From Candidatus Nanopelagicales bacterium (GTDB lineage Bacteria > Actinomycetota > Actinomycetes > S36-B12): 60,053 bases of DNA. The notes beneath the pieces were generated by a model, which made no database searches, was not told the origin of the DNA, and saw nothing but the letters and a program-made list of their open reading frames with translations. Position 1 is the stretch's first letter. The number at the start of each line of letters is the position of its first letter. The stretch spans positions 12,328-72,380 of the forward strand of contig JAQTXL010000001.1 in NCBI GenBank assembly GCA_028688835.1. Reading direction: 5' to 3'. Below, piece after piece: positions 20,050 to 29,381 of the stretch. The position numbers and the translations under genes are program-made.

Positions 20050-22689
20050 ATGGCGCGAAGGAGGCTCGGTTCCATGCGCATGCGAGCTTGGCCCTCAAAG
20101 CTTCCCGCGGTGCGCGCCTTCTATGCCCACGGCTGCCATGCCGCAGCCGTGATCATCGCCCTCGCGGCGATCGCGGTCGGCCTGGTGGTCCTCATCGGCG
20201 GCTGGTGGCTCGACATCGAGGTGCTGCGCCAACCGGCGAGCGGGTACTCGGCAATGCGGGCCGGCACCGCCGTCGGCCTGGCGGTCGCTGGGCTGGGGAT
20301 CCTCGGCATCGCACGCGCATGGGCCACCTGGTTCCAGGCGGCGTCCGGCGCCGTCCTGGCTGCACTGGGTGCAGTGGTCCTGGGGTCCTACGCGGCAGGG
20401 CAGGCCAAGACCGAGTTCGAGGGCCTGTTCGCACGACAGGCCATGGATGACGCCGTGCCCGGTCGCATCGCGCTCAACACTGCGCTGTGCTTCCTCCTGC
20501 TGGGTGCGGGGCTGCTCCTGATCGCGGCCCGCAGGGCCGACAGCCTGCGCCAGTCGCTGGGCCTGATGGTCTCGCTCATCGCCTATGCCGCCCTGGTGGG
20601 CACGGTCATGTCGTCGCTGGTGGTCGCAGGCGTGTTCGAGGACGACTTCACCGCGATGTCGCCGTTCACGGCTGTGCCGCTGCTGTTCCTGGGCTTCGCC
20701 ATCGTGCTCGTGTCGGTGGAGCACGGCTGGGCCAGGACGCTCACCGACTCACGCACCGCCGGCAGGCTCCTGCGCGCCGGCGTGCCCTTCATCCTGGTGC
20801 TGTTCCTGTTCGCAGGCTGGATGTTCGTCCGCGTCGCGGGCATCAGTGACGCGAACCTGGGCAGGCTGGCCCTGTCGATCGTCCTGCTGGTCGCCGTGCT
20901 CATCGTCGCGCTCGTGGCCGTCACGGCTCGCATCGAGAACCTCGATGTCGCACTGGTGTCACTCGAGTCCGACTTCACCAGCCGAGTCGCTGAGGCCACC
21001 TTCGATGCCCGTCAGGCCATGTCGATCCTGCAGGCGATCCTCGACAACTCCTCCGAGCTGATCATGCGCTACGACCGCAATCACCGCGTCGCCTATGTCA
21101 ACAGCAAGGTCGTGGAGGCATCGGGCAGGTTGCCTGACGACTGGATCGGTCGCACTGTCGCTGAAGCGGGGTACACACCTGAGTTCACCGCGCAGTGGGA
21201 CGCGGCGCTGGAGCGGGTGCTCGTCACCGGCAAGACTGAGACCTTCGAGTTCGAGATCGACAACATGAACAGTCACCGCTGGTACGAGAGCACGATCGCT
21301 GCAGAGCACGACGAATCCGGGGCCATCACGCACGCCCTGTCGTCGAGCCACGACATCACCGTGCGCAAGACGGCCGAGCTCAAGCTGGCGGAACTGGCCA
21401 CGCGCGACCCGCTCACCGGCCTGGCCAATCGATCGGCCCTCCTGGCCGAGCTGGCCCGTGCGCTCAGCGCCGGCAGCCGCTCCGGGCGCCCCACCGCCGT
21501 GCTCATGCTCGACCTCGACCGCTTCAAGCAGATCAACGACTCCCTCGGGCACTCCTTCGGCGACTGCGTGCTCGAGGAGGTGGCGCACCGGCTGAACGCC
21601 ACCGTGCGCTCGAGCGATGTCGTGGCACGGCCGGGCGGCGACGAGTTCATCGTCGTCATGCGCGACCTGGCCAACCTCACCGAGCCGATCCGGGCCGCCG
21701 AGCGCATCATCGCCTCACTGCGGCAGTCGTTCAGCATCGAGGGCACCGAGATCTTCACCACCGCCAGTGTCGGTGTCACCATCGCGAGCGGCATCGCCTT
21801 CGCCGACGATGTGCTGCGCGAGGCAGACACCGCGATGTACGCGGCCAAGAACGACGGTCGCGACCGCGTGGCGCTCTACAACGCCGAGCTGCGCACGGTG
21901 GTGACTGAGCGGCTGACGCTGGAGAACGACCTGCGGCGCGCAGTCGATCGCGAGGAGTTCCTCGTCTACTACCAGCCCGAGGTCGACTTCGCGACGGGCG
22001 AGATCGTGGCGGTCGAGGCCCTCGTGCGCTGGCAGCACCCCGATGGCAGGCTGCGGATGGCCCAGGAGTTCATCGAGACCGCCGAGGAGACCGGCCTGAT
22101 CCGCGAGATCGGCGAGTGGGTGATGCGCGAGGCGTGCGCGCAGGCGGCCGTCTGGGCGGCACAGAGCCCCGACCATCCGATCATCGTGCGCGTGAACCTC
22201 TCCGCAGTGCAGCTGTCCTCACCCACGCTGGCCGACGGCATCGATGCGGCACTGGTCGCCAGCGGCATCGATCCCTCCACCCTGTGCTTCGAGATCACCG
22301 AGACCGCCCTGCTGCGCGACACCGTGACCGTGCGATCGAACGTGCTGAGCATCCGTGACCGCGGCATCAAGATCGCCATCGACGACTTCGGCACGGGGTT
22401 CGCGTCGCTGGCCTACCTGCGCGACTACCCGGTGAGCGCGCTGAAGATCGACCGCATGTTCGTCACGAGCATGCTCACCAGCGACATCGACCACCGGCTC
22501 GTCGCCGGCATCATCGCCCTGGCCGAGCGCTTCGGCGTCACCGTGACCGCCGAGGGCGTGGAGGAGCAGATCCAGGCCATGGAGCTGCAGGCGATGGGCT
22601 GCCCTGCTGCCCAGGGCTTCCTGTACTCCGAGGCGGTGCCCGCGGTCGAGATCGACGCGCTCATGGCGCACACGTACGCGCACTCCTGA
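20050..22689 (+). CDS. Multi-TM sensor PAS-GGDEF-EAL protein (c-di-GMP turnover)
   Basis: About 8 TM helices, then a PAS domain (ILDNSSELIMRYD...). The GGDEF is intact (RPGGDEFIVV, I-site RSSD) and so is the EAL (VAVEALVRWQHP, DDFGTGFASLAYL). Confidence 0.9.
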   Translation: MARRRLGSMRMRAWPSKLPAVRAFYAHGCHAAAVIIALAAIAVGLVVLIGGWWLDIEVLRQPASGYSAMRAGTAVGLAVAGLGILGIARAWATWFQAASGAVLAALGAVVLGSYAAGQAKTEFEGLFARQAMDDAVPGRIALNTALCFLLLGAGLLLIAARRADSLRQSLGLMVSLIAYAALVGTVMSSLVVAGVFEDDFTAMSPFTAVPLLFLGFAIVLVSVEHGWARTLTDSRTAGRLLRAGVPFILVLFLFAGWMFVRVAGISDANLGRLALSIVLLVAVLIVALVAVTARIENLDVALVSLESDFTSRVAEATFDARQAMSILQAILDNSSELIMRYDRNHRVAYVNSKVVEASGRLPDDWIGRTVAEAGYTPEFTAQWDAALERVLVTGKTETFEFEIDNMNSHRWYESTIAAEHDESGAITHALSSSHDITVRKTAELKLAELATRDPLTGLANRSALLAELARALSAGSRSGRPTAVLMLDLDRFKQINDSLGHSFGDCVLEEVAHRLNATVRSSDVVARPGGDEFIVVMRDLANLTEPIRAAERIIASLRQSFSIEGTEIFTTASVGVTIASGIAFADDVLREADTAMYAAKNDGRDRVALYNAELRTVVTERLTLENDLRRAVDREEFLVYYQPEVDFATGEIVAVEALVRWQHPDGRLRMAQEFIETAEETGLIREIGEWVMREACAQAAVWAAQSPDHPIIVRVNLSAVQLSSPTLADGIDAALVASGIDPSTLCFEITETALLRDTVTVRSNVLSIRDRGIKIAIDDFGTGFASLAYLRDYPVSALKIDRMFVTSMLTSDIDHRLVAGIIALAERFGVTVTAEGVEEQIQAMELQAMGCPAAQGFLYSEAVPAVEIDALMAHTYAHS

Positions 22690-22788
22690 CCCGGACCCCC
22701 CTCGAGGCTGACCGTGCAGCGCACGTCGTGAACCAGCACTCCAAGCGTGTCGGGCGATCCGTGGCTGCCGCCATGTGACACTGGCGCG

Positions 22789-23580
22789 ATGACGACAGCG
22801 ACGACGCAGGCGCAAGCGGACTTCCAGGCCCGGATCAAGGGCCTGGTGCGGCTCAACCTCATCGCGGGCCTGGCCCACCTCGTGCAGGCCGTGCTGGTGC
22901 TGGTGCTCGCCAACGACTTCACCCTGCCGGTGACCGCCTCCTACATGGCCGGCCCGCCCGGCACGCCCCTGGCCGACCCGGTGACCCTGCTCGACACCCG
23001 CATCGCGTGGGGCGTCGCGCTGTTCTTCGCCATCTCGGCGCTGTTCCACTTCATCGTCATCTCACCGCCGTTCGTGCGGCGCTACGCCGTCGGACTCGTG
23101 GCCAAGCGCAACTACTTCCGCTGGGTCGAGTACTCGGTGAGCTCGTCGATCATGATCGTGCTCATCGCGCAGATCGTCGGCATCACCGACATCGCAGCGC
23201 TCACGGCGATCTTCGGCGTCAACGCCTCGATGATCCTGTTCGGGTGGCTGCAGGAGAAGTACGAGACCCCAGGCAGTGGCGGCTGGATGCCCTTCATCTT
23301 CGGGTGCATCGCCGGAGTCGTGCCGTGGCTGATCATCGCGTGGTTCACGCTGGCGCCGGGATCGACCACGGGCGCCTCGCCGCCGGGGTTCGTCTACGGC
23401 ATCATCATCTCGCTGTTCCTGTTCTTCAACTGCTTCGCGATCGTGCAGTTCCTGCAGTACAAGCCCGTCGGGCGCTTCTCGGACTACCTGCGGGGCGAGC
23501 GGCTCTACATCATCCTGAGCCTCGTCGCGAAGTCGGCGCTGGCGTGGCAGATCTTCGCCGGCACCCTCGCACCGAGCTAG
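22789..23580 (+). CDS. Heliorhodopsin
   Basis: It shares long runs with the 48C12 heliorhodopsin prototype as I recall it. These are ANDF.LP, SALFHF, FRWVEYS.SSS.MIVLIAQI.GI.DI.AL.AIFGVNASMILFGWLQEKY, PGFVYGIIISLFLFFN.FA.VQ.LQYK and YLRGER.YI.LSLVAKSALAWQIF.GTL. There are seven hydrophobic helices. The putative Schiff-base Lys codon AAG is at 23530-23532, and the counter-ion Glu lies in RWVEYS. The ORF opens at 22747, and ATG 22789 (MTTATTQ) is preferred. Confidence 0.9.
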   Translation: MTTATTQAQADFQARIKGLVRLNLIAGLAHLVQAVLVLVLANDFTLPVTASYMAGPPGTPLADPVTLLDTRIAWGVALFFAISALFHFIVISPPFVRRYAVGLVAKRNYFRWVEYSVSSSIMIVLIAQIVGITDIAALTAIFGVNASMILFGWLQEKYETPGSGGWMPFIFGCIAGVVPWLIIAWFTLAPGSTTGASPPGFVYGIIISLFLFFNCFAIVQFLQYKPVGRFSDYLRGERLYIILSLVAKSALAWQIFAGTLAPS

Positions 23581-23661
23581 CAGCTGCCGCGCACGCCAGT
23601 TCGTCGGCGACGCATGCGCGCGGTGCCCGGTCTGGCCTGCGGACTCTGAGAGGCTAGGGCA

Positions 23662-25032
23662 GTGCCAGCGCCAGTGATGAACGATCTCGCCAGGCTGGGC
23701 GCTCGACTCCACCTGCGCTGGCTCCTCGCGCCGCTGGGCGTGCTCGTGGCCGCTGCAGTGAGCCTGGTCATCCTCGGCATCCCGATCTGGCTGGCCTGGT
23801 TCACCACCGACCACGGCACCAACGGCATCGACCAGCTGTTCACGCTCATCGGCTCGGCCTGGCTGGCAGCGCAGGCCGTGCCCCTGCACAGCGCCGCGAC
23901 CTACTCGATCCTGCCCTGGGGCCTGGCGATCATTCCGATCGTGCTGCTCTACCGCGCGGGCGTCGTGCTGGGGCGGGCCACGCGCAAGGCCAGCCTGCGC
24001 GAGATCGGCATCCTGCTCGGCGTCGCAGCCCTCACCTACGCGGGCGTCATGGCCCTGGTCGCCTGGTGGAGCGCCACCCACACCATGCACGCCTCCGTGC
24101 CGCGTGCCGCGCTCACCGGCCTGCTCATCGCCCTGGTCACCATGAAGATCGCCCTGCTGCGCTCAACCGACGCGGGCCGCCTGGCGCTCGCGCACGTGCC
24201 GCGCCCGGTCTGGACCATCCTGCGCGCGGCAGCGGCCGGGATACTGGCCCTGCTCGGCGCCGCCGCCGTGCTCGCCCTCATCTCGCTGGTCTGGCACTTC
24301 AGCCAGGCCAAGGGCATCTTCGAGTTCCTCGGTGCGGGGGTCTGGGGCGGGCTGGTCATCACGCTCGGCTGCATCGGCTACCTGCCCGTGCTCGTGCTCT
24401 GGGCCCTGGCCTACCTGCTCGGCCCGGGCATCGCCATCGGCCCCGGCATCGGGCTGTCGCCCTTCGTTCCCGCACCGCCGCCCACGGTGCTGCCCGGCTT
24501 CCCGCTGGTCGCCGCGCTGCCCGAGCGCGTGGGCGCCATCGCCTGGGGACTGCCGATCATCGCCGTGGTGATCGGCGCCGGCATCGGCATCATGGTCGCG
24601 CGGTCGGGGGAGCGGCAGGCGCTGGTGCGCCTGGGCTATGCCACCGCAGCCACTGTGCTCACCGGCCTCGGTGTCGGTCTGCTCGCCTGCCTGTCGTTCG
24701 GGTCGCTGGGCGACGTGCGGCTGCAGGCAATCGGACCCGACCCGGTGCTCGTGGCCCTGCTCGCCTTCGGCCTCACCGCCATCGGGGCGATCCCGACCGC
24801 CCTGGCGCTGCGCGTCGACCGCGAGCCAGCGGAGCAGGACGAGCCGACCGTGGATCTGGTGCCGGAGCCGCCCACTGCCGATGACGCAGGGCCCGCCATC
24901 GCTGTGCCTGCCGCGATGGAGCCAGCACCCGAACCCCAGCCCGATGTGGCCGAACCGGGCACCCCTGCCGCAGAATCAGCACTGCTCACCCAGCCGATCA
25001 GACGCGAGGATCTCGATGACCACCCCCAGTAG
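23662..25032 (+). CDS. PerM-like (DUF6350-type) polytopic membrane protein with acidic/Pro-rich C-terminal tail
   Basis: About 10 TM helices. Its position between sucCD and purNH matches mycobacterial perM (Rv0955). The N-terminal pattern (...ILPWGLAIIPIVLLYRAG...) resembles that family. GTG start. Confidence 0.6.
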   Translation: MPAPVMNDLARLGARLHLRWLLAPLGVLVAAAVSLVILGIPIWLAWFTTDHGTNGIDQLFTLIGSAWLAAQAVPLHSAATYSILPWGLAIIPIVLLYRAGVVLGRATRKASLREIGILLGVAALTYAGVMALVAWWSATHTMHASVPRAALTGLLIALVTMKIALLRSTDAGRLALAHVPRPVWTILRAAAAGILALLGAAAVLALISLVWHFSQAKGIFEFLGAGVWGGLVITLGCIGYLPVLVLWALAYLLGPGIAIGPGIGLSPFVPAPPPTVLPGFPLVAALPERVGAIAWGLPIIAVVIGAGIGIMVARSGERQALVRLGYATAATVLTGLGVGLLACLSFGSLGDVRLQAIGPDPVLVALLAFGLTAIGAIPTALALRVDREPAEQDEPTVDLVPEPPTADDAGPAIAVPAAMEPAPEPQPDVAEPGTPAAESALLTQPIRREDLDDHPQ

Positions 25033-25720
25033 CTCCAGCAGCCCGAACATCTCGGTCTCGATGACGTGGGCCTTCAACGCCTTCAAGCGCAATGCCGCCA
25101 CCTTCCTGGCCCTTGCCGCTGTGGTCGTCGTCGTGCAGTTCGCCCAACTGGTGGCCTTCACCCCGATCCTCAACACGCTCACCAACTGCCTCGATGCGAG
25201 CTCGCCTGGCCAGGAGCTGGCGTGCAGGTCGGCCTCGGGGCTCGCGGTGTTCTTCTCGTGGACCCTCACCTTCGTGTTCGCGCTGCTTGCTGCCTTCGCG
25301 ACCATCGGTGTGCTGCGCGCGGCCCTTCGCACCACGCAGGGCGTCGAGCCCTCGTTCGCCGACATGCTGACGACGCAGTACCTCCTGCGCTATATCGGCT
25401 TCGCGATCCTGTTCAACATCGCCTTCGGCATCGGCTTCGTCCTGTGCTTCCTGCCGGCCCTCGCGGTCATCTTCTTCTTCGAGCTCGGTCACTTCAGCGT
25501 CCTGGACCGCGGCACGAGACCGTTCGCGGCCTTCGCCACCAGCTTCCGCCTGGCACGGGCCAACCCGGTGCCGATGCTCATGATCGTGGCGATGGTGATC
25601 CTGCAGGTGATCGCCGGGTCCTTCCTGTTCGGGCTGGTCACGCTGGTCGTGCTGCCGTTCACCTCGCTGTTCATCGCGCACGTCTACCGCTCGGTCAACG
25701 GCGAGTCCGTCGCCTCCTAG
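25016..25720 (+). CDS. Integral membrane protein, family unassigned
   Basis: ATG 25016 (MTTPSSSSSPNISVSMTWAFNAFKRNAATFLALAAVV...). Five to six hydrophobic helices and G/C-rich third positions. The upstream part of ORF 24638-25720 overlaps the PerM-like gene in another frame. Confidence 0.55.
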   Translation: MTTPSSSSSPNISVSMTWAFNAFKRNAATFLALAAVVVVVQFAQLVAFTPILNTLTNCLDASSPGQELACRSASGLAVFFSWTLTFVFALLAAFATIGVLRAALRTTQGVEPSFADMLTTQYLLRYIGFAILFNIAFGIGFVLCFLPALAVIFFFELGHFSVLDRGTRPFAAFATSFRLARANPVPMLMIVAMVILQVIAGSFLFGLVTLVVLPFTSLFIAHVYRSVNGESVAS

Positions 25721-25729
25721 GCGCAGACC

Positions 25730-26785
25730 ATGACCAGGCTGCGCGGGCTCGCCTGCGCGATCGCAGCACTCGCTGCGATCGCGCTCATGCCGATCTCCCC
25801 GCTGCCTGCGCAGGCCAATCCCGCACCGGCTCCGATCTCACCGGTGCCGGGTGCGGCGATGACGGTGCCGTGGGCCATCGGCGGCCCGCGCATCGAGCGC
25901 GACGGCACCAAGCATGTGTTCCAGGGGGACTGGCCGAACATGCCGGTCACCTCGCTGCGCATCTGGGATGCCCGCACAGCCTGGCTCAACATCGAGCCGG
26001 CTCCGGGCCAGTGGGCCTTTGCGAGGCTCGATGCCTTCGTGGCAAAGGCCGAGGAGCATCACGTGCAGGACATCGTGCTGGTGCTCGGGGGCACACCCGC
26101 CTGGGCGGCCAAGCAGCAGCGCAAGACCGATGCCCCGTGGCTGGGCAAGGGGTCGGCCTCTCCGCCGGAGTTCTGGGATGACTGGACCACCTTCGTCGAC
26201 ACCGTCGCCTCGCGCTACCAGGGCCGCATCAAGGCCTACGAGATCTGGAACGAGCCCAACTCGGTGACCTACTGGAGCGGCACGGCGCGCGAGTGGGCCA
26301 CGCTCACCGAGCTGGCGGCCAAGCAGATCGCCATCTCCGACCCGACCGCCAGGGTGGTCGTGGGCGGGTTCTCGACCTTCCCCGCGAAGACCCTGGCCAA
26401 GGCCCAGGCGTTCATCAAGGCCCTGCCAGCCTCGATGCCCAGGCCCTCCGCGATGGGCTTCCACTGGTACCCGACGAAGCAGCAGCTGCCTGCTGGCATC
26501 ACCAGCACCGCCCAGGCACTGCGGGCTGCCACCAAGGGCACGAGTCTCAGTGGGGTGCCCCTGTGGCTCACCGAGACCAATGTGCGCGGCGGCAGCAGCC
26601 TGAGCAGCAGCGCCCAACAGGCGGCGATGCAATCCATCGCGACCACCTCAGCGAGGGCGGGCATCACGCGGCTGTGGTGGTACGCGTGGACCGATCTCGG
26701 GCCGCCAGACCTCATCCAGATCTACGACGGCACACCAGCGGCACGCTGGCTCGAGGTGTCGAACGGGAGCGCGAGCCAGTCGTGA
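25730..26785 (+). CDS. Secreted glycoside hydrolase-like protein (clan GH-A type), intact paralogue
   Basis: Signal peptide MTRLRGLACAIAALAAIALMPISPLPAQA. It has YEIWNEPN (acid/base) and LWLTETN (nucleophile-type TE) motifs and is a paralogue of the ORF at 2253. Confidence 0.75.
   Translation: MTRLRGLACAIAALAAIALMPISPLPAQANPAPAPISPVPGAAMTVPWAIGGPRIERDGTKHVFQGDWPNMPVTSLRIWDARTAWLNIEPAPGQWAFARLDAFVAKAEEHHVQDIVLVLGGTPAWAAKQQRKTDAPWLGKGSASPPEFWDDWTTFVDTVASRYQGRIKAYEIWNEPNSVTYWSGTAREWATLTELAAKQIAISDPTARVVVGGFSTFPAKTLAKAQAFIKALPASMPRPSAMGFHWYPTKQQLPAGITSTAQALRAATKGTSLSGVPLWLTETNVRGGSSLSSSAQQAAMQSIATTSARAGITRLWWYAWTDLGPPDLIQIYDGTPAARWLEVSNGSASQS
25875..26541 (+). repeat. Copy 1 of a roughly 667-bp near-identical segmental duplication (copy 2 at 30151-30817)
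   Basis: A manual base-by-base comparison shows only about twenty substitutions and no indel across the block. There are four amino-acid changes: R>H, Y>H, R>C and T>M. Confidence 0.9.
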
Positions 26786-26791
26786 CCTTCG

Positions 26792-29335
26792 GTGCTGCCA
26801 GTGCACCAGCGCGCAACTGACGCCGCTCGCGGCTACCCTCGACATGTGGGGGATGCAGCACGGCCAGAGGCGGTTCCGCCGACGCCGTCAGGCGAGGAAT
26901 GGCTACGCGCGTCCCTGGACACCCTGCAGGAGTCGCTCTTCATCTTCACTGCCGTGCGCGATGAGTCCGGCGACGTCATCGACCTGCAGTACCGATTCCT
27001 GAACTCGGCGGCCCAGCGGCTGTACAGCCGCACGTCGGACGAGGTCATCGGGCGGGGGCTCATCGAGCTGTTCCCGTCAGTCAAGGACCTGGGCATCTTC
27101 GACTGCTACATCACGCCGATGGCCACCGGCCAGTCATGCTCGATGGTGGTCCAGGGCTTCCATGACGGAGGCGTGGTCGGCGACTTCATCGTGAACGCCG
27201 TGCCGTTCGGTGATGGGGTTGTCGTCACTGCACACAATGTCACCGAGGAGGCAGCGGCCCAGAGGGCGCTGGCGGAGTCGGAGTCGCTGCTGCGGGTGAT
27301 CCTCGACAGCACCTCCGATGCCATCATGCGGTTCGGGCCAGACCTGCGCGTGCGGTATGTGAATCGACAGCTGATCAAGAACTCCGGGATCTCGCTTCAG
27401 GGCTGGCTCGGCAAGACGTTTGCCGAGGCCGGGTACCCCGCCAACCTTGCGGCCGGCTGGGACGAACACAGCCGGCATGTCTTCGCGACCGGCGAATCCG
27501 TGCAGCACGAGTTCGAGATCGATCTGCCTGGTGGGCATCACTGGTTCGAGACTCGAGTGGACCCTGAGTTCGACACTGACGGCGCCGTCAGCCATGTGAT
27601 CACTGCAAGCCGTGATGTCACGGCTCGCAAGATCGCCGAGTCCAGGCTTCGCCAGTCGGAGGCTCTGCTCGAAGTCGCGGTCGAGGGCTCGCACGACGGC
27701 ACCGCGACGTATGGCCCTGACCTTCGCTTCGAGTACGTCAATCAGCGAACGGTCGAGCTCTCGGGCATGCCGAAGTCAGCGTGGATCGGCAAGACCATGG
27801 AGGAGCTCGGCTTCCCACCGGACAGCGTGGCGTTCTGGACCGAGCATGTCGCCCGGGTGTTCGCCACCGGCGTGGCCGGGACCATGCGCTACGACCTCGA
27901 GAACACCGAGGGCCACCGCTGGTACGAGGCGATCCTGGCGCCGCAGCTCGATGAGTCAGGCGCGGTGGCGCATGTGGTCTCGACCAACCATGACATCACC
28001 GACTGGGTGCTCGCCGAGTCGGCACTCCGGGAGATGGCGACGCACGACTCCCTGACCAACCTCGCCAACCGGCGGGCCGTCCTCGACGAGATCCAGCGCG
28101 GCCTGACCGCCGCGCAGCGCACGCGGCTCAGCGTGGCAGTGCTCGTGATCGACCTCGATCGGTTCAAGTACTACAACGACTCGCTCGGCCACGCTGCTGG
28201 CGATGTGCTCCTGCAGCATGCCGGTGCACGCCTGGCCGAGGCCGTCCGTGGTGGCGACCTGGTCGGGCGTCTCGGTGGCGACGAGTTCGTGGTCGTGATG
28301 CGCGATCTCTCCGACGCTGCCGAGGCCGCTCGCACGGCCTGGCGCATCGTCGAGGCCTTCCGGCAGCCGTTTGACGACGACGATGCCGAGCACATCGCCA
28401 CGGCCAGCGTCGGCGTGGCCTACTCCGACAGCGAGGGAGCGGCGGCTGACCTCCTGCGCGACGCCGACACCGCGATGTTCGCCGCCAAGGACGCCGGGCG
28501 CGACCAGGTGGCGATCTTCAACTCGGTCCTGCGCGAGGCCGTCGCTCAGCGCCTCGAGATGGAGGATGCCCTGCGGCACGCGCTCGAGCGCGATCAGCTC
28601 GCCGTCTGGTACCAGCCCGAAGTGGATCTGGCCACGGGCGAGATCGTCGCCGCCGAGGCCCTGCTGCGCTGGCACCATCCTTCAGGGCGCGTGCTGACTG
28701 CAGGGAGCTTCATCGACATTGCGGAGGAGACCGGCCTCATCCATGAGATCGGCGCCTGGGTGCTGGAGCAGGCCTGTGCAGTGGCAGCCGAGTGGTCATC
28801 CGACCACTCCCGCAGGCACCTGACGATGCGCGTCAATGTGTCCGCGCGTCAGCTGGGGGAGGGCCGGCTGCTCGAAGACATCGACCAGGCGCTGGGGCGA
28901 ACGGGCCTGGATCCCACGCGGCTGTGCCTGGAGATCACCGAGACGACACTCCTCGATGACTCCGTGCTTGCCACCCAATCCCTCATGGGCATCCGGGCAC
29001 GTGGCATGAGCATCGCGATCGACGACTTCGGCACGGGCTACGCGCCGCTGACCTACCTGCAGCGCTATCCCATCGATGTGCTGAAGATCGACCGCAGCTT
29101 CGTCACCCGCGTCGCAACCGATGCCTTCGACCGCCAGCTGATCGGCGCGCTGATGTCACTGGCCGACTACCTCGACCTTGATGTGACCGCGGAGGGCGTG
29201 GAGACCGACGAGCAGGCGATCACCCTGCGGGCGCTGCGCTGCACGAGCGCCCAGGGCTTCCTCTACTCGGAGGCGGTGCCTGCCGACCAGCTGCATGCCA
29301 TGGCGCAGACCGTCTTTCCCCATGGTGGGCACTGA
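26792..29335 (+). CDS. Cytoplasmic PAS(x3)-GGDEF-EAL protein (c-di-GMP turnover)
   Basis: Three PAS-like modules, of which the second is clearly paralogous to the PAS of ORF 20050. The GGDEF is intact (RLGGDEFVVV, I-site RGGD) and so is the EAL (AAEALLRWHHP, DDFGTGYAPLTYL). The start is uncertain (GTG 26792, 26801 or 26846). Confidence 0.9.
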   Translation: MLPVHQRATDAARGYPRHVGDAARPEAVPPTPSGEEWLRASLDTLQESLFIFTAVRDESGDVIDLQYRFLNSAAQRLYSRTSDEVIGRGLIELFPSVKDLGIFDCYITPMATGQSCSMVVQGFHDGGVVGDFIVNAVPFGDGVVVTAHNVTEEAAAQRALAESESLLRVILDSTSDAIMRFGPDLRVRYVNRQLIKNSGISLQGWLGKTFAEAGYPANLAAGWDEHSRHVFATGESVQHEFEIDLPGGHHWFETRVDPEFDTDGAVSHVITASRDVTARKIAESRLRQSEALLEVAVEGSHDGTATYGPDLRFEYVNQRTVELSGMPKSAWIGKTMEELGFPPDSVAFWTEHVARVFATGVAGTMRYDLENTEGHRWYEAILAPQLDESGAVAHVVSTNHDITDWVLAESALREMATHDSLTNLANRRAVLDEIQRGLTAAQRTRLSVAVLVIDLDRFKYYNDSLGHAAGDVLLQHAGARLAEAVRGGDLVGRLGGDEFVVVMRDLSDAAEAARTAWRIVEAFRQPFDDDDAEHIATASVGVAYSDSEGAAADLLRDADTAMFAAKDAGRDQVAIFNSVLREAVAQRLEMEDALRHALERDQLAVWYQPEVDLATGEIVAAEALLRWHHPSGRVLTAGSFIDIAEETGLIHEIGAWVLEQACAVAAEWSSDHSRRHLTMRVNVSARQLGEGRLLEDIDQALGRTGLDPTRLCLEITETTLLDDSVLATQSLMGIRARGMSIAIDDFGTGYAPLTYLQRYPIDVLKIDRSFVTRVATDAFDRQLIGALMSLADYLDLDVTAEGVETDEQAITLRALRCTSAQGFLYSEAVPADQLHAMAQTVFPHGGH

Positions 29336-29360
29336 CTGCCCGCAAGGCCGCGGCGGGCAG
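29336..29360 (+). terminator. Short GC hairpin after the GGDEF-EAL gene
   Basis: CTGCCCGC-aaggccgcg-GCGGGCAG lies immediately after the stop, between convergent genes. Confidence 0.35.
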
Positions 29361-29381
29361 CCGAAGCTCAGGTGGGTTCCG

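Noticed and set aside
24638-25015. Upstream part of ORF 24638-25720.
   Set aside because: It overlaps the C-terminal region of the PerM-like gene in a different frame and is Pro/Ser/Arg-rich. The hydrophobic membrane protein starts plausibly at ATG 25016.
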